Positions 19,637 to 30,167 of a DNA stretch of 64,000 nt are shown in pieces. Both the position numbers and the translations under genes were made by a program. Where the stretch lies: contig OZ242326.1 of NCBI GenBank assembly GCA_965208325.1, positions 2,208,001-2,272,000 of the forward strand, written 5' to 3'. The number at the start of each line of letters is the position of its first letter. The first letter of the stretch is position 1. This DNA is from Candidatus Poribacteria bacterium (GTDB lineage: Bacteria > Poribacteria > WGA-4E > PCPOR2b). The notes beneath the pieces were generated by a model. That model did not search any database. It saw nothing but the letters and a program-made list of their open reading frames with translations, and was not told the DNA's origin.

Positions 19637-20057
19637 AGTTGTTCGCAGTGCTAAGAAAATTGTGGATTTGTTCAAGGACCTCCACTGGGTTATCTAATTG
19701 ACATTCCCAGATTGTTAAAACCCGCCATCCTTTTTCCATTAAGGAATCTGCGTGCTTTATATCCCTTTTCCGAGTGCGCGACAACTTAGGCTCCCAATAT
19801 TGTGTGTTTGACTTTGGCAAATGCGCCATTGGACAATCAGGGGCAGGATGCCAATGCCAGAAACAGCCGTTTACAAAGATAATTGCCTTGTGACGAGGCA
19901 ACACAATATCTGGCCTTCCCGGCAAGTCGTGACGGTGCAACCGAAATCGGAATCCTAATCGGTGTACCATTGAACGAACTGCTAGTTCGGGTTTCGTACC
20001 CTTTGACTTAACACGGGACATGCACCATGAGCGGTCTTCGACCGATAATTTGTCCAT
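19602..20057 (-). CDS. vsr: Very short patch repair endonuclease
   Basis: RSWCMSRVKSKGTKPE, LPGRPDIVLP, IFVNGCFWH, GWRVLTIWEC. Confidence 0.95.
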   Translation of the reverse strand: MDKLSVEDRSWCMSRVKSKGTKPELAVRSMVHRLGFRFRLHRHDLPGRPDIVLPRHKAIIFVNGCFWHWHPAPDCPMAHLPKSNTQYWEPKLSRTRKRDIKHADSLMEKGWRVLTIWECQLDNPVEVLEQIHNFLSTANNYAISQCIRKGV

Positions 20058-20419
20058 AATTTCTTCACCTGAAGACACGTTGCATCTTTTCGCGTAGGAA
20101 TTATGCGAGCACGTCGTCCGGAAGCGAATCCAACAGCACCTCCCCGCCACGACGATTTAAAATACCTTCCAACCTCAGAAGTCATCGCGCTCAAAAGAAT
20201 TTCCACCGTTCGGCCAGTGGTTCTTCATCACTTCGTAAACCGCACGCAGACGGACAATGCGAGTGAAACCCAACACTTAAAAGTAGGTAGTTGGTTGGAT
20301 TGGGTGCTAGGTTTCACTACAAGTCGACCGTTCTAAAACAGAATTGTTGAAAGCCAGAGGCTTTATTGTTGTTTATGGAGATTTGCTTTTTTCCAATCAA
20401 CACAACCTCTGGCGAATAT

Positions 20420-21667
20420 CTAATCTGTCAGTTGCGAGACTGTAGCCGCCGCAGCGGCGAGTGCTTCTTCGACGCGGCGGTTGGTCTCTGCATCAATGGC
20501 GTTCGGATGGATGGCGGAGATGGGTCCGTCTTGGTGGAGGTCACCGGAGATGACGGTAATCTGATCGACAGGGAATAAATCGAGGGTTTGGGCAAACGGT
20601 TCGATTAAATCCTCAAACTTCTCAATGATGTAGGTTGTCAGACCGGGATCGCCTGCCGAACGGAGGATTTCGATGGTGCGCTTGAGTTGGGTGAGTTCGG
20701 CTTGCGCCTGCCCGCGGATGGTCGCGGCTTGCGCTTCCGCCTCTTGAATCATCTTCTCTTTTGTCGCAGCCGCGGGGACGATGGTATCCGCCTCGCACCG
20801 CGCCCGCACCATCTCGATTCGCTGCGTTTCAGCCTCAATCTGCGCCTGAATGCCCGCGACCTCAGAGTCCGCGTTGCGGGTCTCTTCCTGCGCATCAATG
20901 GCGCCGCGCTGATTCTCTTCCGCAGTCTTGACCTTTGCTTCTGCGTCGATCCGTTGATGCTCGTTTTCAAGCTCGCGGACAGACACTTCAGCCCGGCGTT
21001 CTTCCGACTGCTCCTTTGCGGCGGCGCGCGCGTTGGCTTGCGCTTCGCGGGACTGCGCTTCGGCATCGGCAGTTTGAATGCGTTTGAGCAGCGCGATATA
21101 CAGATCGGGTTCTTCAACGCCTTCGAGCCGATGATCGTCCACGTCGGCGATATTCATAGTGGTGATTTCCAGGCCGATGCCTTCCAGATCGGATTTGCAG
21201 ACCTTAATCATGTTCTGGATAAGCTGGTCTTTTTGGCTCATCACCTCTTCGGGGGTCATTGCCGCAATGGAGTCGCGCAGATGCCCTTCAATGATGGACG
21301 TGGCAATGGCTTGCAGTTCGTCCCAGTTCCGAGTCATGTTCAGGATGCGCTTGACTGCGTTGACAAGCCCCTTCTCGGTTTTTGCGACCGCATAGCTGAC
21401 GGTTGCCTTTACGGTTAGCGGCACAATTCCCTCGGCGATGGCGGATTCCACAACCACCGTCGTGGTTTGAGGGGTTAAGTCCATGGTGCTAAAGCGGTTG
21501 ATGAGCGGAAACACGAAAACGCGCCCGCCCCGGAACGTACTGAAACTGCCGCCTCTACCGTGCACCACGGCAAGTTCGCTCGGGGGAATCAGCTTCATCT
21601 TCATCACCAATTGAAGAATTAACGTAATGAAGATGAGTAGTCCGAGTATAATGAGGAAGAGTATCAT
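20420..21667 (-). CDS. SPFH/flotillin family protein
   Basis: N-terminal TM, GGRVFVFPL, IEGHLRDSIAAMTPEE, EA-rich coiled coil. Confidence 0.9.
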   Translation of the reverse strand: MILFLIILGLLIFITLILQLVMKMKLIPPSELAVVHGRGGSFSTFRGGRVFVFPLINRFSTMDLTPQTTTVVVESAIAEGIVPLTVKATVSYAVAKTEKGLVNAVKRILNMTRNWDELQAIATSIIEGHLRDSIAAMTPEEVMSQKDQLIQNMIKVCKSDLEGIGLEITTMNIADVDDHRLEGVEEPDLYIALLKRIQTADAEAQSREAQANARAAAKEQSEERRAEVSVRELENEHQRIDAEAKVKTAEENQRGAIDAQEETRNADSEVAGIQAQIEAETQRIEMVRARCEADTIVPAAATKEKMIQEAEAQAATIRGQAQAELTQLKRTIEILRSAGDPGLTTYIIEKFEDLIEPFAQTLDLFPVDQITVISGDLHQDGPISAIHPNAIDAETNRRVEEALAAAAATVSQLTD

Positions 21668-23124
21668 GATACACCCCCTTCTTGAATTGCCGCGGATTCA
21701 GCGGCATTTGCTTCGTCTGCGCCTCTCTGCGTGATGAGGTCTTTTACACTAATGCCGAAGCCCTGTTCAAAGCATCTCAGGAAATCGACAAATGCCGCCG
21801 GACCTCGATTGACTGCGCTATTGAAGCCGTCTTCTTCGTTGAGCACCAGCAAATTATCAACCTTCAACGACTTCGCATGTGTGCGGTACGCTTCGAAGAG
21901 GTGCGGCAATTGCGTAATGAACAGCGCGATTTTGCCCGTATCCTGGGTTTCCTTGAGTAAATCCACTTTCTGTTGAAGAAGATCATTCTCCGTCTGCTGA
22001 ACAATCTCAACGGCTCTCGCCTCGCCCTCCGCCAAAATCTCCGCAGCGCGGCGATTGGCTTCAGCCTCCACAATAACCTCGGAACGGTTCTTCAACTTTT
22101 GAAGTTCCGCCGTGACCTCCTCAATGCGCCTCTGGCCGGTACTTCTGGCTTTGACGATGCCGCTGTCCGCCTCGAGTTTTGCGCGGTGGATTGATGCGTC
22201 GCATTGACGGCGAAACAGTTCAACGCCTTGCCGGGCTTGAAGAATTTTCTCCGTGGCGCGGTTTTCAGCCACTAACATTCGGCGTTTTGAATCGGATTCG
22301 GCGCGCTCGGCACGCGCTTGCAGCCGCGCCTCCTCAATTTCTACCTCCTGGCGTTTGCGCGAAAGGGTTTTGTTCGCGAGATTAGCGATGTAGTTAGAGG
22401 TGTCCCAAATCCGTTGGAGCGATACCGAGACCACATTCATACCGAAAGCGCTTAAATCCTCGCGGCAATCCTCAAGCAACAGATGCCGGAAGATTGCCCG
22501 ATCGCCGTCTTTGGATTCCGGCGTTGCGACTGGCGGTGAATCGTCCGCGCCTTGTTCGATATTCGCTGCGTTTCCCTCTGAAGGCTCGCTAGCGGCGGAG
22601 GTTTTGACTGTTTCCGCCGACTCCACACTATCTACGCTCTCATCCATGCCGATTGCCTGCAACGGCGTGGTTTTGTTGAGTGTCGCACGGAAGTTGCCAA
22701 TCATCGTCTGTTGAATCTGTTCTTGTATCTGTGCGCGCGATTTCCCAAGCAGTTGCTGCACGGCGCTGTAGAGCAACACTTTGTCCATGTCGTCGATGCA
22801 AACGCACGCTGTCGCGTCCGATCCGACGGTGATACCGTTCGCCGAATTCACATTATCGACCTGTACGTTTATCGGGATGATTGTGATATCAATGAACCGG
22901 GCGCTCTGAATGAACGGAATGACGAAGGTCCAACCGCCTTTTTGAAGCCGGAAACCGTATTTTTTGCCCTCAACGACGGTTTGTACGCCTCCGGTAACGA
23001 CGAGAATATGATTAGATGGACAGACACGCACCAAAGCGCGCAGGCCCGCAATCAAAATGAGGAAAACAATGACCGCGAGAACGCCGCCGGCAATGCCGCC
23101 GCCTTGAGTAAGGATTTCTTCCAT
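21664..23124 (-). CDS. SPFH/flotillin family protein
   Basis: N-terminal TM, GGWTFVIPFIQ, SANGITV, GNFRATL, EAEA-rich coiled coil; acidic insertion inside the SPFH domain. Confidence 0.9.
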   Translation of the reverse strand: MEEILTQGGGIAGGVLAVIVFLILIAGLRALVRVCPSNHILVVTGGVQTVVEGKKYGFRLQKGGWTFVIPFIQSARFIDITIIPINVQVDNVNSANGITVGSDATACVCIDDMDKVLLYSAVQQLLGKSRAQIQEQIQQTMIGNFRATLNKTTPLQAIGMDESVDSVESAETVKTSAASEPSEGNAANIEQGADDSPPVATPESKDGDRAIFRHLLLEDCREDLSAFGMNVVSVSLQRIWDTSNYIANLANKTLSRKRQEVEIEEARLQARAERAESDSKRRMLVAENRATEKILQARQGVELFRRQCDASIHRAKLEADSGIVKARSTGQRRIEEVTAELQKLKNRSEVIVEAEANRRAAEILAEGEARAVEIVQQTENDLLQQKVDLLKETQDTGKIALFITQLPHLFEAYRTHAKSLKVDNLLVLNEEDGFNSAVNRGPAAFVDFLRCFEQGFGISVKDLITQRGADEANAAESAAIQEGGVS

Positions 23125-23130
23125 GTTTAT

Positions 23131-23799
23131 CTACTCCTTTGCAATTTTTTCGTGCTCGACGTAAACACACTCAGGGGTGACGTTGGTCACCCAAACCGTA
23201 TCCCCTTTTTCAAACTGGGTATTTGGTTCGGCAGCCAGCGCGTATTGTTCGGTCACATTCATACCGACCCGAACACGCACTTTACCCATTGTGTCGTGTG
23301 TTAGTGGAACGATAACCGTTGCTCGCTGGAAGTAAAGTTCTTCTGATTGGAGGGATGAATCCGTGTCGGTGCGCTGGAATCGAAAGAATGCCCGCGCCAA
23401 CACAAAAGCCGCCAGCCCTGCCGGCACCGCCCAGACTAAACTCTTTGCCGCACTGTTTCCCAAAGTAATGGCTACCCAGCCGGTAGGTCCAAAACCGAGA
23501 CAGAAATAGACGAGGCTGCGCAGGTAAGAAAGAACAGACAGCACAGCTACCCTGCCGGTTGGGTGAGTGATATCCGCGGGCGCTGTTTTTCCCGAGTGAA
23601 CTTCATCCGGCGGCAGATCGGTGTCGAAGTTCATGTCGGCGTGCTCACCTTCGCCGCCCTGCGCATCACCCGCATCGGGTGCGTCCGCAGCGTCTCCGCC
23701 ATCGTCTTGACTTCCGCTCAAGAATCCAAGGAAATCAAGGACTGTAATGCTCACAGAAAACAGTGTACAACCGATGTAAACGCCATTGAGCCAGCCCAT
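23131..23799 (-). CDS. NfeD-like (YuaF/YqiJ-type) membrane protein with C-terminal OB fold
   Basis: TM helices, FGPTG, ATVIVPL...GKVRV...YALA..F.KGD.V.V; AAGGAGG RBS; directly upstream of the flotillins. Confidence 0.8.
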   Translation of the reverse strand: MGWLNGVYIGCTLFSVSITVLDFLGFLSGSQDDGGDAADAPDAGDAQGGEGEHADMNFDTDLPPDEVHSGKTAPADITHPTGRVAVLSVLSYLRSLVYFCLGFGPTGWVAITLGNSAAKSLVWAVPAGLAAFVLARAFFRFQRTDTDSSLQSEELYFQRATVIVPLTHDTMGKVRVRVGMNVTEQYALAAEPNTQFEKGDTVWVTNVTPECVYVEHEKIAKE

Positions 23800-24040
23800 C
23801 AGACACCTCCTTGTCATAGGGAAGTTGGAGTGAATGGGGTAGATGATTATGTTGCTCTTGAAACGCCTTAATGGATTGAGGTCATGCTTTTCATCAGCCG
23901 GTATTTTTGGCTACTGAACGCCGCTCATTTTATCCATTAAGGCAAAGATTAACACAAGAAGGTTAAAGTGTCAAGCGTTCTAGCTCGACTTCATTATCCT
24001 ATCCGGATTAGCGGTTCAAAGGTAACGCGGGCAAGGTTTT

Positions 24041-24147
24041 GTAGGATGGATTGAGCGGGTTATATCGAATACTTAGCGAATAAAATATAACGCCATGTAC
24101 ATAATACCACGCAATCGCAAAAATCAATGAAGCTTAACCCAACCTAC
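24041..24147. repeat. Short member of the GTAGGTTGGGTT REPIN-like family
   Basis: Ends gtaggatggattgagc ... gcttaacccaacctac. Confidence 0.7.
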
Positions 24148-24273
24148 GGGGGAATCGCATGTGATTGTAAAGAGGTAGGAGAGAAGGAGAAGGGAGGAGG
24201 TGACTTGGTTTTTACGCCCAATAATAGGGCGAGAGGTGTATGCCGCGAGCCGCAATTTGCGGCTTTCGAACCG

Positions 24274-26910
24274 TCACGCGTCGTCTTTGATGGCGGCTTG
24301 CGCTGCCGCGAGGCGGGCAATCGGAACTCGAAACGGTGAACAGCTTACATAATCCAACCCTAAACGATGGCAGAACTCAACCGAACTCGGTTCACCGCCG
24401 TGTTCGCCGCAGATACCGACCTTGAGATCGGGGCGGGTTTGACGCCCCCGTTCTGTGCCGATTTGCACGAGTTCCCCCACACCATCCTGATCGAGTATTT
24501 GGAACGGATCGCCTTCAAAGATGTCGCTCTCAACGTAATGCTCCAAAAATTTGCCGATATCGTCTCGACTCAGCCCGAACGTGGTTTGCGTCAGGTCGTT
24601 TGTCCCGAAAGAGAAGAATTCCGCCGCTTCAGCGATTTCATTGCCTGTTAATGCGGCTCTGGGGAGCTCTATCATTGTGCCGATGAGGTAATCGACTCTG
24701 ACACCGCTGCCATTGAACACCGTTTCCGCAGTATCAATGACTATCTGGCGTTGTAATACCAGCTCTTTGACATGCCCGACCAAGGGAATCATAATCTCGG
24801 GAATAACTTTAATTCCACGCTTGGACGCATCCACGGCGGCTTCAAAGATGGCGCGCGCTTGCATTTCCGTAATTTCCGGATAGACTATTCCGAGGCGGCA
24901 GCCGCGGTGGCCCAACATCGGGTTTGTCTCGCGCAGCGATTCCACTTGCTTGCGCAGCAATTCGGGAGAACTACCGGTTTTGTCCGCAAGTGCGTAAATC
25001 TCCTCGTCGGTATGCGGCAAGAATTCATGAAGCGGCGGATCTAAAGTTCGGATTGTGACAGGATAACCGTCAATTGCCTCAAAAATGCCGATAAAGTCCT
25101 CTAGTTGGTAAGGCAGTAACTTTGCCAATGCGCGTTTTCGGCCTTTTTCATTTCGCGCGAGGATCATTTCGCGCATCGCATCGATTTGATCTCCCTCAAA
25201 GAACATGTGCTCTGTACGGCAAAGCCCAATACCTTCCGCGCCAAATTCTCGCGCCTTCTTAGTATCCGACGGTGTATCGGCATTGGTACGCACACCAAGT
25301 TTCCTAAATTCGTCCGACCATTCCATCAGCGTTGCAAATTCACGGCTCAATGTGGGTTCAATCAGTTCGACCGCCCCGGCAATAACTTCACCTGTTGACC
25401 CATTAAGCGTAATGTAATCGCCTTCCCCGAATTGCAGCGTATTGATGTGAAATTCCTTGTTCGCCGCATTGACGACGATGGCGCTGCACCCGGCAACACA
25501 GCTTTTTCCCATACCGCGTGCAACGACGGCAGCATGAGATGTCATTCCGCCGCGCGATGTAAGAATTCCCGCAGCCGCATACATCCCGCCAATGTCTTCC
25601 GGCGAAGTCTCCGACCGCACCAATATAACGTCCTCACCTTCGTGCGCTAGTTCCTCGGCACGATCCGCAGTGAAAACCACTTTGCCGACGGCGGCACCGG
25701 GAGAGGCGGGAAGGCCTTTTGCAATCACATCAACAGTTGAATTGGGATCAATCATCGAATGCAACAGTTGGTCAAGGTCGTTCGGCGGTACACGCATCAC
25801 AGCGGTGCGTTTATCAATTAGACCTTCATTGACCATTTCAACAGCGACCCGCACGGCTGCATGACCTGTCCGCTTACCTGCACGGGTTTGAAGCATAAAG
25901 AGGCGCCCATCTTGAATCGTGAATTCCAAATCCTGCATATCGCGATAGTGCGTTTCAAGTCGACCGGCAGTTTCCACTAACTGATTATAAGCGTCCGGCA
26001 AAATGGTACGGAGGTCGTCAATGGGGAGCGGCGTGCGGATTCCCGCGACGACATCTTCGCCTTGTGCATTTACCAAAAACTCACCGTAGAAGCGATTTTC
26101 CCCTGTAGACGGATTTCGCGTAAATGCGACCCCGGTCGCAGAATTGCCGCCCAAGTTTCCAAAGACCATGGCTTGCACGTTTACAGCGGTTTGCCCTTGA
26201 TTGTCGGGGATGTTGTTCAATCGGCGGTAGATAACCGCTCTTTCATTATTCGACGATTCAAACACCGCGTCGCGAGCCATATCCAACTGCCGACGTACGT
26301 CTTCCGGGAAGTCGGCTCCCGTCGCCCGTTTGACAGCCGTTTTGAATTCCAAAATGAGTTCTCCGAGATCGCCCGCGTCCAATTCGGTGTCCAGTTCAAC
26401 GCCTTTTGCCTCCTTCTTCGCTTCCAACAGATGCTCAAAAGTATCATGTTTAACGTTGAGAACAACGTTGCCGAACATCTGTACGAACCGGCGGTAAGCG
26501 TCGTAAGCGAATCGTTCGGATCCCGACTTGGCAATCAGACCCTTGACCGTGTCATCGTTTAAGCCGAGATTGAGAATCGTATCCATCATGCCCGGCATCG
26601 AAATTGCGGCGCCTGATCTCACAGACACGAGCAATGGATTTTCCGGGTCGGCGAACTTTGTCCCCATTGCAGATTCGAGCTTTCCCAAGTTTTCATCAAT
26701 TTGCTGCTCAAGCCCGTCCGGATATGTTTTTTGATTCGCGTAATAAAACTTGCAGACCTCTGTGGATATGGTGTATCCAGGGGGGACTGGTATGCCTAAG
26801 TTTGTCATTTCCGCGAGATTCGCACCCTTGCCGCCGAGCAGCGCACGCATCTCGGCGCTTCCGTCGGCTTTCCCCTCACCGAAAAAATACACATACTTGG
26901 AATGAGACAT
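24274..26910 (-). CDS. ppdK: Pyruvate, phosphate dikinase
   Basis: LLGGKGANLAEM, LLVSVRSGA, SMPGMMDT, GGMTSHAAVVARG, GIGLCRTEHMF, FSFGTNDLTQ, GICGEHGG. Confidence 0.98.
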   Translation of the reverse strand: MSHSKYVYFFGEGKADGSAEMRALLGGKGANLAEMTNLGIPVPPGYTISTEVCKFYYANQKTYPDGLEQQIDENLGKLESAMGTKFADPENPLLVSVRSGAAISMPGMMDTILNLGLNDDTVKGLIAKSGSERFAYDAYRRFVQMFGNVVLNVKHDTFEHLLEAKKEAKGVELDTELDAGDLGELILEFKTAVKRATGADFPEDVRRQLDMARDAVFESSNNERAVIYRRLNNIPDNQGQTAVNVQAMVFGNLGGNSATGVAFTRNPSTGENRFYGEFLVNAQGEDVVAGIRTPLPIDDLRTILPDAYNQLVETAGRLETHYRDMQDLEFTIQDGRLFMLQTRAGKRTGHAAVRVAVEMVNEGLIDKRTAVMRVPPNDLDQLLHSMIDPNSTVDVIAKGLPASPGAAVGKVVFTADRAEELAHEGEDVILVRSETSPEDIGGMYAAAGILTSRGGMTSHAAVVARGMGKSCVAGCSAIVVNAANKEFHINTLQFGEGDYITLNGSTGEVIAGAVELIEPTLSREFATLMEWSDEFRKLGVRTNADTPSDTKKAREFGAEGIGLCRTEHMFFEGDQIDAMREMILARNEKGRKRALAKLLPYQLEDFIGIFEAIDGYPVTIRTLDPPLHEFLPHTDEEIYALADKTGSSPELLRKQVESLRETNPMLGHRGCRLGIVYPEITEMQARAIFEAAVDASKRGIKVIPEIMIPLVGHVKELVLQRQIVIDTAETVFNGSGVRVDYLIGTMIELPRAALTGNEIAEAAEFFSFGTNDLTQTTFGLSRDDIGKFLEHYVESDIFEGDPFQILDQDGVGELVQIGTERGRQTRPDLKVGICGEHGGEPSSVEFCHRLGLDYVSCSPFRVPIARLAAAQAAIKDDA

Positions 26911-26984
26911 CTTAACCCTCTTTTGAATCGCCCCTATGTTTGTTGCGCGTTGAGCAATAGTTACGGATGCAGCATTGAAAATTT

Positions 26985-27016
26985 AACAAAGAAAATCCCT
27001 CCGCGAAGGGAGGGAT
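26985..27016 (-). terminator. Intrinsic terminator after pafA
   Basis: Minus strand reads atccctcc-cttcgc-ggagggat followed by tttctttgtt. Confidence 0.7.
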
Positions 27017-27052
27017 ATATTAACTCAGATTGGAAATTCCGCCGTACTGGAT

Positions 27053-28411
27053 TTAAATTGAATAAATCATACGGCTTGCTTCATCAAAATCCACCTGAAA
27101 GGGGTTGGTTGAAAGGTAGAGCTTTTGGTAGGGTTCGTACAGTTGAATGTAACTCCAATTGACGCCGCAGAGCACCTTCCTTTCGTTTGCCAGTTTTACA
27201 AAACGCCCCCGGAATTTTGCGCGGGTGGTTTCCGGTGGATAGTGCATAGCGTTCTCAATCTCCTTATCGGCAACCATTTTTTGAACAAGGTCTTTTTTTT
27301 CAAGTTTATAATACAATCCGCGGTCCGGCCGGATATTGTGGTACTGTAGATCGAGCATCATGACTTTAGCCGAGTCCCATTTAAGGCGGCGTTGGGTGAC
27401 ATAGGTTTCAATCAATTTTTTCTTGGCGACCCAATCCAGTATTCGATCTAGTTGCATAGGGTCTGTTTCCAAACAGGTCAAAATGTACTCCCAAGCCGCC
27501 ATAATCTTGTTTTCGTCGGCATCCGATTCCTCCTGCTCAAAATACAGTTTAGCGCATTCGAGATACTCTCGTTGAAGTTCGACCGCAGATAGCCGCTTGC
27601 CACTCTCCAATTCAATCTGTTGGGTACAGGTCGTATCTTCCGATATTTGCTGGATTGCTCGCACAGAGTCGCGCAAAGCCAAACGCTTTTTTATGAAATT
27701 GTCCTCAATCATCCGCAAGACAATTGATGTGGTTCCGACCTTTAAAAATGTCGCTAACTCAGACATATTGGAATCGCCGACGATAACGTGCAACCGCCTG
27801 TATTTTTCCCGATCGGCGTGCGGCTCATCGCGTGTATTTATGATCCCTCGAGCTGTTGTCGTAGCAATGGAGATTTCCTCACGGATATGCTGGGCGCGCT
27901 GAGAAATAACGTATTTGCCTCGGTTGGTCGGTTTAACTTTGCCGGCGCCCGCAAAAACTTGGCGAGTGACAAAAAATGGAATCAGTTGTGAAGCGAGTTG
28001 ACGGAAGCTAACGTGCCGCTCCATTAGGTAGTTTTCGTGACAACCGTAGGTGTTTCCGGGCGTATCCGTGTTATTCTTGAAAACTGAAATTCTCCCAAGG
28101 AAGCCGTCCAATCTCATCTTACGTTCCGCAGCAACGGATAGCCGCTCAATAATCCGCTCACCGGCTTTGTCATGGATCACAACGTCGGTTACACTATCGC
28201 ATTCGGGGGTGGCGTACTCCGGATGGCAACCGATATCCTGATAAAAGCGAGCGCCGTTTTCTAGAAATACATCCGGATACATCCGTCCAGAGATGATTTC
28301 GCGAAAGAGATACATCACGGCATTTTGGATGGATAGCGCTTTGCCGCCTCGCCGATCGGAGGTACAAATAATCCCGTATTCATTTTCTAAGCCATAAATT
28401 CTACGATTCAC
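27053..28411 (-). CDS. pafA: Pup--protein ligase
   Basis: RRIYGLENEYG, VFLENGARFYQDIGCHPEYATPEC, KNNTD..GNTYGCHENY, INTRDEPHAD, RRLHVIVGDSN, DLQYHNI, PPETTRAKFRGRF. Confidence 0.93.
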   Translation of the reverse strand: MNRRIYGLENEYGIICTSDRRGGKALSIQNAVMYLFREIISGRMYPDVFLENGARFYQDIGCHPEYATPECDSVTDVVIHDKAGERIIERLSVAAERKMRLDGFLGRISVFKNNTDTPGNTYGCHENYLMERHVSFRQLASQLIPFFVTRQVFAGAGKVKPTNRGKYVISQRAQHIREEISIATTTARGIINTRDEPHADREKYRRLHVIVGDSNMSELATFLKVGTTSIVLRMIEDNFIKKRLALRDSVRAIQQISEDTTCTQQIELESGKRLSAVELQREYLECAKLYFEQEESDADENKIMAAWEYILTCLETDPMQLDRILDWVAKKKLIETYVTQRRLKWDSAKVMMLDLQYHNIRPDRGLYYKLEKKDLVQKMVADKEIENAMHYPPETTRAKFRGRFVKLANERKVLCGVNWSYIQLYEPYQKLYLSTNPFQVDFDEASRMIYSI

Positions 28412-29121
28412 GATGCTAATATCTCTTCGAGTTCATCCGGCAGGAGACGCCTGAATTTACGTCTATTTCTATTTTCATCAAGGACAGCGACTTCTAGCGT
28501 GTCAGCCGAAATGTGATATCTCTGATCTTCGTCCGCCTTCGCCTCAATGGTTTCAAAGCCATTCACAGCCAGCTTTACCGCATCCTTCAACTCTAATCCA
28601 TCTTCGTACGCACCCTCAAGGATTTCTGAAATTTCATCTGATCGCCCGCCAATAATTGCATACTTCTGTTCTTCCCAAAAAGTGCCGTCAAACGAAAGCT
28701 GATAGATTCTATGGCTCGAATCCGGATCTGCCCTAAGTTCGCAAAGAAGCAGTTCGACTTCAAGCGGTTTTGTATCTGTTTGCCAGAAAATTGCGGCAAT
28801 TCGCTGCGAGAAAATATTATTCGTTAGCCATTTCGCAGTAACATCTGCACGGTTGAACGTATAACCCTTGATTTCTGCTTCTCGGATGCCGAGGTATCTT
28901 AGGGCTTCATATTCTGCGATTCGGCCAGTAGCGGCGAGCGCAATTCGATCGTAAATTTCCGAAATCTTGAAGAGTGTCGTCAACGGGTTTTCCGCAACCA
29001 TCACGATGCCGTCTTTGTATTCTAGAACAATAACCTCTTTGGCTCTTTCGATGCCAGTGCGGACAAAATCTGCTTTGTCCTGCATGATTTGTTCCGGCGA
29101 CACATAATACGGTGTGGACAT
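28408..29121 (-). CDS. prcA: 20S proteasome alpha subunit
   Basis: PYYVSPEQIMQDKADF.R.GI, KISEIYDRIA, KPLEVEL, LEVAVLD..R.RRKFRRL. Confidence 0.95.
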   Translation of the reverse strand: MSTPYYVSPEQIMQDKADFVRTGIERAKEVIVLEYKDGIVMVAENPLTTLFKISEIYDRIALAATGRIAEYEALRYLGIREAEIKGYTFNRADVTAKWLTNNIFSQRIAAIFWQTDTKPLEVELLLCELRADPDSSHRIYQLSFDGTFWEEQKYAIIGGRSDEISEILEGAYEDGLELKDAVKLAVNGFETIEAKADEDQRYHISADTLEVAVLDENRNRRKFRRLLPDELEEILAS

Positions 29122-29136
29122 CAACACCTCCTCTCG

Positions 29137-29955
29137 CTACATCTCTCTGAGGTTTTCAATTAACTCAGTGTATAGCCGTTCGACCTCTGAATCCGCAATG
29201 TCTGAAACCCCTCTTCGCTCTATACACTTGATTGTTGGGTAAATTCCACGAATCATATCCGGTCCCGCAGTCCCCAAGTCCTCATCGGCGGCATCCCAAA
29301 GCGCCTCAGCAACAACCCTCAATACCTCATCACGTGCCATATCCTTGCTGTAACGTTTCTTTAAGGTTGTCTGCGCATCCTTGCCGCCGGATCCTATCGC
29401 GTGATAATCTGCTTCTTCATACCGCCCGCCGGTAACATCATATTTATAGATTTTGGCTTGTTTCTCTTTCGGATCATAACCGGCAAAGATTGGAATGACG
29501 TATAATCCCTGCAGCGCCATACCTAGATTCGACTTCACCATGTTTGACAGATGATTTGCCTTGCCTTCCAAACTCAAGGTTGTACCTTCTATTTTTTCGT
29601 AAAACTCAACCTCAACTTGGAACAGTTTTGCCATTTCAATACACGGTCCAGCGACGCCAGCAATTGCAATCGCTGAATGTTCATCTACTTCATATACTTT
29701 TTGGATGCGCCGCTCGCCGACCTGAAACCCTTCTACAGCCTGACGATCGCCGGCAATAATCACGCCATCTTTGTAAACAGCCGCTAACACTGTAGTGCCT
29801 TTGAGCGCATCAAGCGAAGCGGCATGATGCTGCGCGCTTGGCAGCGGCACCTCGGACAACGCCTCCGTGTTGAATGCGGCATACAGTTCAGGACGCCTAC
29901 GCTTGAGGATTTCAAGGAAATCGGAGTTGCCGTAGTCGGCTACATCAAGCAGCAC
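29137..29955 (-). CDS. prcB: 20S proteasome beta subunit with propeptide
   Basis: Propeptide ending G|TTVLA (Thr1 nucleophile), AGDRQA, LSLEGKANHL, YDVTGGRYEE, GSGG, DAADEDLGTAGPD. Confidence 0.95.
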   Translation of the reverse strand: MLLDVADYGNSDFLEILKRRRPELYAAFNTEALSEVPLPSAQHHAASLDALKGTTVLAAVYKDGVIIAGDRQAVEGFQVGERRIQKVYEVDEHSAIAIAGVAGPCIEMAKLFQVEVEFYEKIEGTTLSLEGKANHLSNMVKSNLGMALQGLYVIPIFAGYDPKEKQAKIYKYDVTGGRYEEADYHAIGSGGKDAQTTLKKRYSKDMARDEVLRVVAEALWDAADEDLGTAGPDMIRGIYPTIKCIERRGVSDIADSEVERLYTELIENLREM

Positions 29956-30152
29956 TACTGCCCTCCTCTTTGAATATAATTCTCTACAAATTCTTCTGAA
30001 TCTTCTTCTAAAATTTCGTCAATTTCGTCGAGAAGTTGGTCGAGATCTTCTTTGATTTCCTCGCCCTGTTCCGTAACTTCCGGATCAGGTTGGATTTCCT
30101 CAGCATCTTGAGTCAAGTTATCTTTGTGTTCTTGCTGTTTTTCGGACGGCAT
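29955..30152 (-). CDS. pup: Prokaryotic ubiquitin-like protein Pup
   Basis: 65 aa acidic protein ending DQLLDEIDEILEEDSEEFVENYIQRGGQ; strong AAGGAGG RBS. Confidence 0.95.
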   Translation of the reverse strand: MPSEKQQEHKDNLTQDAEEIQPDPEVTEQGEEIKEDLDQLLDEIDEILEEDSEEFVENYIQRGGQ

Positions 30153-30167
30153 TTATCTCTCCTCCTT

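Noticed and set aside
29955..30152. UBact rather than Pup
   Set aside because: The C-terminus has the Pup pattern LLDEIDxxLEExxEEFVxxYxQxGGQ.
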